A DNA stretch of 64,000 nucleotides from Acidiphilium sp. Its GTDB lineage: Bacteria > Pseudomonadota > Alphaproteobacteria > Acetobacterales > Acetobacteraceae. The translations under genes and the position numbers were made by a program. The stretch's first letter is position 1. Every line of letters begins with the position of its first letter. The stretch lies in NCBI GenBank assembly GCA_049964975.1, contig JBMFWT010000002.1, positions 41,599 to 105,598 of the forward strand, given 5' to 3'. Of this stretch, positions 53,479-62,500 are shown piece by piece. Under the pieces are notes generated by a model. The model was not told the DNA's origin. It did not search any database and saw only the letters and a list, made by a program, of their open reading frames with translations.

Positions 53479-56400
53479 TTACGACTTGCCGCTGAAGCTG
53501 CCAACCGGGGGTGATGACGCTGCCGTTCGATCCGCCTTCCCGCCATCGCCGATTACCACAAAGGGCGCCCAGTAGAACGGATCGGCAATCCCGGCGGGCA
53601 AGCCATGCCCTGCCCCATTAATCAAGGCGAGCTGCACCTCGCGTAAGCTGGCGGACGCCCCCTGCCCTTGCTGCACATGGGCCAAGTCAGTCGCGACCAA
53701 ATAGGCCGACACTTGATCGCTCACCGACCACTGGGTCACCATCAAAGCGCGCGCGCCGGCGAAGAAAAAGCTGCGGGCAAGACCCGAGAGCGCTTCACCG
53801 CCTGACCGCCCATTGCCGCCGCCGGTATTACAGGCGGAGAGAATGACCAAATTAGCGTTCAGATGAAGATTGGCCACGTCCGCGCTGGTGAGCATCGCCT
53901 GGGCGGCTGAGGGCGCGCCGGGCGGTGCTGAGGTGATAATCGCGGGCTCCGTGGTGCAGGGCAATTCTGACGGCAAAATTGCATGCGTGGCAAAATGCAA
54001 AATACGAAACGGTGCCAGATCCTCATGCTCAACCGCAGGAACGGTGAAATGCGCCCCCAGCAGCTCATCCTGCGGCGAGGCCTTGAACAGGGCGCTGGCC
54101 GCTGCCAGCTCAAGTTTGGCCGATGGTAAGTTCGGCAAGCCTGCAAATAGCCGCGCGCTGTCTCCGCACGTGGCTGGCGGGAAACTCGCTGCGGCTTGGG
54201 CGTCGGTCACTTGATGGAAATCGCCAAAGCCAAACCAAGGTTGCGTCGCCGTCGATGTGCCGGCGATCTTGCGAAGGCTGACGAAATTGGCGGCGGCAGG
54301 CACGTAATCGAGTGTCGCGTCACGCACCAGCCAAGGGGCCGTTGCCAAGGCGTCGGGGGTAACGTCGCGGGTTGGCAGGAGTGCGAATGGCAGCGAGAGC
54401 AACGAGCCGGACGGCGCGATCACCAGAGCATCGGTGTGTTTGAGCGGCGCGGCAAAAGGTGCGAGCGTCGCCTGATAAATCTGATAGGCGGCGTGCATGG
54501 CAAAGGGCGGTAAACCGGCTTGGGTCGGCTCGACCGATTTCCGCACGGTTTGCACCAGCTTGGTCATTGTCGCATCGCCCGTGCCGGTGCGCGCCACGCG
54601 CACTTGGTCGTCGCTCAAATAAAACAGCCAAGCATGATGCCGCGATACCATGATATCCAAGAACGCTTCCTGCGGGCGCAACCGCTTGAGCACGGCGCTC
54701 GCGGGTACCACCGCCTGCACCAACTGGCCGAAATTGGGCGCCGCTGCCTGCACTGCAAGATCGGCGGCATTCAGCCCATCGGTCGCTTCCCGAATTTGAC
54801 CATCAATCGCCTTGATGGCTTCGGGCGTTACTTGCTTGCCGGATTTTTGCGCCCGCGCCAGTTGGTCGCGCTGGCGATAGAGCCGGTTCAACCGCGTAAC
54901 CGCATCCTGATGCGCCCTGATGGCGGCAGCAACTTTCGGGTTTTTCGCCCCTGCCGCGAGCCGCGCCGCCGCCTCGGCAATTTCAGCACTGGTTGTGGTG
55001 CCTTGCGCAAGCTCGGCCATGGCGAACATCTCGGCATGGATCGCCTCCGCCTTGGCTGGGTTTTGTTTCGCCCGTTGGTCCAGCGCTCTTAGACAAGGCG
55101 AAATAAGCTGCGCGGAGGTGCCTAGCCGCAGCCCGGTCAATAACGCGACCGATTTTCGACAAATCGGCACCGCCTCGGATTCGTGGTGCTGGCGCACCAG
55201 CACGTCAGCGCGCAACAATCCAGTATCCGCAACCGGCCTTGACCCCGGCAAGGCCCTGGCAAACCCGGCGCCCGCCTCGCTTAATTTCGCATCCGCATTG
55301 GCATCTTGCCCGTTCGCGACATCAATAGCGGCCTCAGTCCGATCAAGTCGGGCATTCAGCACCACCGGAGCAATCCCATTGCCGATGGCAATTTGATTGG
55401 CGCGCCGAATCAACGCAGCAGCGCGGCTCGCTTGATGCAATTCCAAAGCAGCAATCGCTTGATAACGCAGTGATTCAATCAATCCGAGCAACCGCAGCTG
55501 GGTCACCGGGTCCAGCACGATCGATTGCGACGTCAGCAATTGCGCCGTGCTGCTGGCACCTTGCGCCAAGCCGAACAAACCAGCGTTCGAGGCTTGGTCA
55601 CCGTGCGGATGCAGCAAGTCGGGCGGCAACGTCCCCGCATATTCGAGCGCTGCTTGGCGCAGCAATGTCAAAGCACGGTGCGGGTGATGTTGGTTCAACG
55701 CATCAAGCCCCCGCGCATGCTCAAGGGCGGGCAGCGCTGTCGGGTCCGCTGATTGGGGTGCCAGGGTTTCGGCGGTTGCAAATAAGGAGGCCGCCTGATG
55801 ATATCGCTGGGCATCAGATAAATTCAACGCCAAATCGGTTAGCGCGGTCACGGTATTGGGGTTGTCGATGCCGAGGGTTTTTTGCTGCAAGGCCAGCGCC
55901 GCGCGATACGCCGTGATCGCAGCCGGAAAATCTTCCTGCTGGTTGGCCTCGGCGCCCACGCGCATCAGTTTGTCATAAGTGCCAATATCACCCGAGCTAA
56001 ACGCTTCAGCCGCCAACCGATTGGCCAATAGCCGATCCGACGTTGTCACCGGCAACGCCCGCGCCTTCCGGGCCGGCAATACCCCCGCCGCGATCCCAAT
56101 TGCCCGTTGCATCACCGGGAAAGCAGGCTGCACCCCATCGGCATAAAAAGCTCTCCCGCGCACCAATGCCACTAACGCCACATGCGGCCAGCCTCCGAGG
56201 CGCTGCGTGCATGTCAGCAGCTCCGCCGGATCGCCGTTCAAAATCGATGTCGCGGTTGGTGCGGCGCAAGCATATTGCTGCTCAATGCCGGCCCGCCAAT
56301 CGCTCAATGTGGCCAGTGTCAAAATCCCAGCCCGATTGCTTGATGGCCCATCAACCACCGTTGCACTGGGCTGCGACCAATTTCCGCAATAAATCAGCGC

Positions 56401-56574
56401 CCCGTGGGCATCACGCGTCGCTGCGCATTGCTCACCAGCTTGGTTGGCGCCGAGAGCAATCCGCGCTGTCGAAACTTTTGCCCCGCCGCCGCTCACATAA
56501 GCGGACGGCGGTGGCGCCGTGCAGCTCACCAACATGGCAGCCAACCCAAACGCTAGAAGCGAAAATTTGAACAT
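53479..56574 (-). CDS. Lipoprotein-type TPR-repeat / CHAT-domain (caspase-fold) protease
   Basis: It has the lipobox LVSC (Cys18), central TPR-like helical repeats and a C-terminal CHAT domain. The CHAT domain has HFATHA (His864, codon at 53983-53985) and LSACNTG (Cys915, codon at 53830-53832). Its ATG overlaps the upstream stop (TAATG). Confidence 0.85.
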   Translation of the reverse strand: MFKFSLLAFGLAAMLVSCTAPPPSAYVSGGGAKVSTARIALGANQAGEQCAATRDAHGALIYCGNWSQPSATVVDGPSSNRAGILTLATLSDWRAGIEQQYACAAPTATSILNGDPAELLTCTQRLGGWPHVALVALVRGRAFYADGVQPAFPVMQRAIGIAAGVLPARKARALPVTTSDRLLANRLAAEAFSSGDIGTYDKLMRVGAEANQQEDFPAAITAYRAALALQQKTLGIDNPNTVTALTDLALNLSDAQRYHQAASLFATAETLAPQSADPTALPALEHARGLDALNQHHPHRALTLLRQAALEYAGTLPPDLLHPHGDQASNAGLFGLAQGASSTAQLLTSQSIVLDPVTQLRLLGLIESLRYQAIAALELHQASRAAALIRRANQIAIGNGIAPVVLNARLDRTEAAIDVANGQDANADAKLSEAGAGFARALPGSRPVADTGLLRADVLVRQHHESEAVPICRKSVALLTGLRLGTSAQLISPCLRALDQRAKQNPAKAEAIHAEMFAMAELAQGTTTSAEIAEAAARLAAGAKNPKVAAAIRAHQDAVTRLNRLYRQRDQLARAQKSGKQVTPEAIKAIDGQIREATDGLNAADLAVQAAAPNFGQLVQAVVPASAVLKRLRPQEAFLDIMVSRHHAWLFYLSDDQVRVARTGTGDATMTKLVQTVRKSVEPTQAGLPPFAMHAAYQIYQATLAPFAAPLKHTDALVIAPSGSLLSLPFALLPTRDVTPDALATAPWLVRDATLDYVPAAANFVSLRKIAGTSTATQPWFGFGDFHQVTDAQAAASFPPATCGDSARLFAGLPNLPSAKLELAAASALFKASPQDELLGAHFTVPAVEHEDLAPFRILHFATHAILPSELPCTTEPAIITSAPPGAPSAAQAMLTSADVANLHLNANLVILSACNTGGGNGRSGGEALSGLARSFFFAGARALMVTQWSVSDQVSAYLVATDLAHVQQGQGASASLREVQLALINGAGHGLPAGIADPFYWAPFVVIGDGGKADRTAASSPPVGSFSGKS

Positions 56575-59500
56575 TAGTAATCCCTTGCCGCAATGCCTGG
56601 CAGCCGCACATTTCGATCAAGCTTGCGGCGGCGCGGCGGCGTCAGATCAAAATTAAGCAACGGGCTGGATTCCGGTACGGTTTCGATGGGCAAAATGGTA
56701 CAATCCACCGAGCCAATCGGGCACGCATTAAATTGATAATTACTGCTCGGAAATGGAAACACAGTGCCATTATGCGCAGCGCCTGTGCCCGCCACGCCGC
56801 CAAGCGTGCCAATAAAATTGATCCGCCCGCCAGCATTGCCCACCACCAAAAGCCGATTGAGAAAGAGCTGCCCACTCGCGGTGCCGCTATTGAGTTCTAA
56901 AATCAACTCTGTTGTGTTCGCCTGCAAATTCTGGAACGTCGCGTTCGATCCCGAATTTGATTTGCCCGGGTCAAACAACACAAACACCGTATTGTCGGAA
57001 TTCGGATAAACACCAGTTCCTGCCAACGGCGGACCATCAATGGTGAATATGCCGGTCTGCACCAATTGCGGCGTGGGGCCATTGATCGTCAATACCGTGT
57101 CAATGCTGGTGGGTATTGGTGCAACAGTTGCACCGGGTGGCGTTTCATAAACACCGGAAATATACAACCCACCACCGGCCACGCCATCCAGCGTTAATAA
57201 TCCCTGCACGGTAAGACTGACCGCTTTCGCCGCGACCGGGCCAATCACCGTCAGCGCTTGATTGTCGATCAGCGAGAAAGGCTGATTGAGGAGCAAGAAC
57301 TGGCCAATCGAGCCAATTTGATTGGCCTGGCTATCCAGCTGCACAGCCCCATCCAGCGTGCCATAGCTTTCCAATAGCGGTGTGCTAATCGTCGCACCCG
57401 CCACCTCGGTGACGGGGCCAGAGCTGCCTAACAGTAGCTTTGTTGCCGCCTGCAGATCGCCGACCAGATTAATCCCTGATGCATCAAGCGTGATCGCTTG
57501 CGCCGATGACACCGGGTCCCCCGCCGTCAGCACCGAAGCATCATGCAAGAACAAATTGCCCTGCACCGCAAAGCTATCCAGGTTCAAAATCGCATTGCCA
57601 GCGCCAAGATCAACCGAACCTCCAATGACCCCGTCGGATACCAGGGTCGGCACGGCGATTGTGCCTCCGGTTTGCACCACCGATCCCGTGGATTGCACAG
57701 CAAGCACAGTGTTGGCGGTGACCGGACCGGCAAAATCAATCGATGGCGCTTGCAAATGCGCCGACACAGCATCAAACGGGCCAGCGACGATCAAACTTTG
57801 AACATCTGCCAAAGCGAAGCTGCCAGAATTATTCCACGCCCCAAGCGTGCCGATCAGATTTGCATTGGTTAGAGACGCATCTCCTGCACTGACGCCAGCG
57901 CTTTCCAGGCTATTGGCATCGATAGTTCCGGTTTCGCTAATGCCGCCTGACGCAGAAGAATCGCTCAGCGCCAATGCGCCGCTGACCGACACAAGACCCG
58001 CAATCGCGAGCGAGCTCGCCGTCAATGTCGCTGTTGGTGCAAAAACCGGCCCCGCAACCGTTAGGCCCGCACTGTCTGCAAGATCCAATAATCCTTGATC
58101 GTTGAAGTTTCCCAGCACCGCAATGGAGTTGGACCCCGTCAGGATGGCATTGCCAATAATCGGGCCTGCACTGGTCAAAACCCCCGCCGCAATTGACCCG
58201 TCCTCTGCAACGCCCCCTGAGCTTGCCAACGCCAAGGTGCCCGGCATCGAAACCGCACCCGTAAAGTTCAGCCCTGCGGCCGATAAGGTCGCAGAGCCGC
58301 CGGTCACGGCGCCATTGATTGTCAGGGCGCTTGCATCGATCAGATCAAGCGTCGCGGTCGGAGCCTGGCTAAAGCTTCCCAACGCGCCGATCCGATTCTG
58401 GCCGGTGAGCGAAACATTGCCACCAATCACACCCAGTCCAACAAGCGTCGGCGCAATCACCGACCCGCCTTCGCTCACCGAACTCGAAGCGCCGATTGCC
58501 AGACTATTCGCCACCGATATCGCGCCCGCCAAATCAAGCGTCCCGGCCACCAACGACGCCACCGCACCATCGATCGAACCATCAACCATCAACAGCCCAT
58601 TATCCCGCACCGCCAGTGTGCCAGCACCGGGCGCCCCAAAATTGCTGAGGATGGCAATCGTGTTTGTCCCCGTCAGCAGCGCATTCTGCCCAGCGGCACC
58701 TGACCATGTGAGCAAGCCGGCATCGATTGCGCCTGCTTCGCTCACACCCGAACTGCTTGCCAGCGCCAATGTCGATGTCGCGGAGACCAATCCATTAATC
58801 GCCATTGATGGCGCGGTGAGGAACGCCGACTGCGCATCCAAAGTGCCCGCAATCGTTAAGGGCGCGCTGTCTGTCAAATAAATCGTGGCATTATCGGTCA
58901 GCGCGCCAATAGAAGCGATGTTGTTGGTGCCCGTCAGTGATAAATCACCGCCAATCGATCCGTTCAAACTGGTCCCGACCGTCAGGCTGCCAGGCTCGCT
59001 CACCAAACCTGAGCTGTCAATCGTGGCACCTTGATTGACACTGAGCAGCCCCCCAATCGTGAGCGAGGGCACCACAAAAGCCGCGTTCAAGGCTGATACC
59101 GTGCCGCCCAGCAACAGATCAGCGCCATCATGCACAACCAATGCGCCATTATCGAAAAAGTCAGCGATCTGCGCGATCGAATTTATCCCAACCAGTGACA
59201 CATTGCCTGAAATCGAATTCACCGATTGCAACAGATTAGTATCAACCGAGCCGGTCGACGCCTCGGTGACCTGACTACCGCCCACCGCCAGCGTGCTCAC
59301 CGCGACTGTACCAATGATGCTCACACCGGGACCGGCATTGAGCGACACCACCCCGCCAGAAACCGATCCACTCACCGTCAAATTCTGGTTATCATCCAAC
59401 ACCAATGTGCCTGCACTCGATTGCGAGAATGATCCCAGATCGGCAATCTTATTGGCCCCGTACAATTCGACCGCGCTACTATTCGGCGCGCTATTGATCA

Positions 59501-62500
59501 AACTTCCCGCATCAATCGAGCCAGTCTCTTTGATCAATCCAGCGCTATTGAGCGCCAACACGCCGGTGACCGATATCAAGCTCGGAATGGAAATACCAGC
59601 CGCCGTCAATGTCGCGGCAGCAGCATATACGGGTGCGGCCACTGTCAGTGAACTCAAATCATTCAAAGTAAGGCCGCCAGAAACCGTCAGATACCCAATA
59701 TTATCAATATTGTTCGTGCCCAACAGCGTAACATTCCCGCTAACAGCACCCGACGAACTGACTGAGGTTGCGTTGATCGAACCTGTCTCGGTAATCGCGC
59801 CAGAGCTGCCGAATGCTAGCGTACCAGGCGTCGTGATTGCACCTGAAATGCTCATCCCGGCGGCGCTCAAAGTCACATCGCCCGCTGCGACCGAACCCGA
59901 TACCAGGAGAGATGAACGATTACTCAGATCGAAAGGAGCCACGCCTGAAACGCTAAAATTCGCCAAATCGGTAATCGAATTGCTACCCGTCAGGAATACC
60001 GCCCCGGAACCGCTACCAATCAGCACCCCGCCCGTAATCGATCCCGGCTCGTCAATGCCGTGGGTGCCCGATAGCGATAATGTGCCCGGCACATTGATGA
60101 AGCCGGTCAAATCAAGCGAGGGCGCCGAGATCGAAGCTGTACTGGCCAACAGCACTCCCGCTATTGTTAGATTTTCATTATCTAAAAGTGAAAAATATTG
60201 CGATGTGGCAGTGAAGTTGCCGAGCGCACCGATTTGGTTCGTCAGATCATTCAACACCACACCCCCCGACGCGGTGCCGATCAAATAGCCAACATTCAAC
60301 GCTGCCGATTGGCTAATTCCCCCTGCGCCGGCCAGCAAATCAAGCGTCCCTGGAACAACCAAACTACCGCCAATATCAATCGTCTTAGCCACGAAAGAGA
60401 CATTATTGATCCCGAGCGACACGCCCTGATTGACCGTCAATACCGGAGTATAATGATCGCCAATCACCAAAGCCGCCACATCGGGACTAATAGCGCCGAG
60501 AAGATTGATGCCAAGACCCAACGTTCCCGTGCTCGCACCAGTCCCAATCACCGCGCCATAGGTGCTGCCCAACGGCGCGAACGACACAGTTCCGCCCGGG
60601 TCCGAAATCGACGCACCAATCGTTGCCTGCACTGTGTTGACCAGAAATGATATCGGCGCCGCGGGGCCCGCCACAATCGGTCCATCAAGCGTCAAACCCG
60701 CACTATCATCAATTAAAATACCCGCCGTGCCCGCAGTGAGTCCGCCGATATTATCAATCGAATTCTGACGATCACTTAAGCTGATACCCGCACCCGCCGA
60801 ACCCGCCATCATGACCGCATCAATAAGGCCGCCGCTGATGAACGGGCCGCCGGCAACGACATTGAGCGTTTCTGCCTGCAATGTTCCGACGCTAAAAACG
60901 CTGCCCGCAACATCGATCAGCAACGAAGAACTAGCACCGCCGGTGAGCGTTCCCTGATTGGTGAACGCACCATCGCTCAATAAATCGAGCGTATTCGTCA
61001 CCGTACCAATCACCCCAGCGCCAATAATCGAGGATGCAGCGAATGACGTGCCACTTGCCGTCGCTGATCCCAACACAACCAATTGCGCCGAACCCAGCAA
61101 CGCATTTGCCAGGGAATTCGAAATGTTGAGCGCTTGCGGGGAATTCCCCGGCGATCCTAAATACAAAGCCGTGTTGTTATAAGGCGCCACCGCGATCGTG
61201 CCGCTCGGCGCCAGAAAAACCCCGGCAGGATCGCTCAGCGCATCACTAATCAGGGCAATGGAACCACCCGTGCTCACTGAGATCGTGCTACCAAACGTCA
61301 ATCCAGCCGGATCAATCAGCTTAACATTCGGCGCTAAAAGCAAATTGCTCAAACTGAGCGGATTATTGTCGTGCAGGATAAAATTGCCGGACAAGACATC
61401 AAAGCTGCCAAGATTGGTGATGCTATTGGCACCACTCAAATCAACCGCGTTGGCGAAGCTGGATATCTCAACTAAGCTGTTCGTATCAATCGCGCCGCCC
61501 GAATTTTCGGTCAACCCTATTGCGCTAAGCGCAAGCGTGCCCGCGGTGCTGACACCACCGATAATGGCCAGCGATCCTGATGTGCTGAGTGAAATATTGC
61601 CGCTCGCGGTTATCGCACCCAAAGAACCAATCGCATTCACGACCGTTCCAACAGGAACTAAATTAATGGCACCGAACGTGCCCGTGCCTTCTAGTGTGCC
61701 CGCTGTTACAGCGCCATTTGTGCCCTCGGTTATCACGCCGGGGCCAATAAAACTTACAACGCCAGTACCCACCGAAATCGGCGCCAAGATATCAACGCCC
61801 TGATTGCCGAGCGTCACGCCAGTCGCGGTCAGCGATCCGGCAATCGTCAACATTGTAGCGTCGGCCAAGTCGAAGCTGCCCGACGTGCCCAGGCTCATCA
61901 CATCCAGTGTGTTGATGGAATTATGCGTATCACCCAACCCAATAGGGCCAATCAGAGTCCCGTCAGTCGTCAGCACCGAAGCTATAATTGCCCCCGCTGT
62001 TCCTTGCGTGACGCCGTAGCGGCTACCCAGCGCCACCGTGCCAGCACCGGCATTCAGCGTACCGTCCAAATTTAACCCAGCCGCAGACAGCGTGATCCCA
62101 CTTGCATCAAACGACTCGCTGGACACGGTCAAACGCGCGCCCGGATCGTTCAAATCAATCCCGTTGATGCCGGCATTAAACGCCGCCAGTGATGTGATGG
62201 TATTTGCGCCCGCTAATGTAAGCCCGGTCAAGGTTGCGGTATCGGAGAATAGCCCCGTGCTGATCGTTCCCCCATTTTCACTCAAACCACCTTGCGCGCC
62301 CAGGCTGATCGAACTCGCCTTGACCAACCCGGCAATGGTGAGCGACCCGGCTTCATCAAGTATCAATGCGCCAGTCGTCGAAAACGCAGCCAGAGTATTA
62401 ATGGCATTCGCTGGTGCAGACAAATCCACAGCGCCTAGAAACGAGTCAGTACCGGTGGTCAGCGTTGTTGCAATGATCGATCCAGCGCCACTTTGCGAGA

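Noticed and set aside
51619-56574. The CHAT-plus-kinase pair might be an intracellular anti-phage defence module, by analogy with TPR-CHAT Csx29 and other caspase-fold effectors.
   Set aside because: The CHAT protein has a lipoprotein signal and paired cysteines, and the kinase sensor domain is extracytoplasmic. No nuclease, cas, cyclase or NTPase partner is present. An envelope-associated role tied to the giant exoprotein fits the sequence better.
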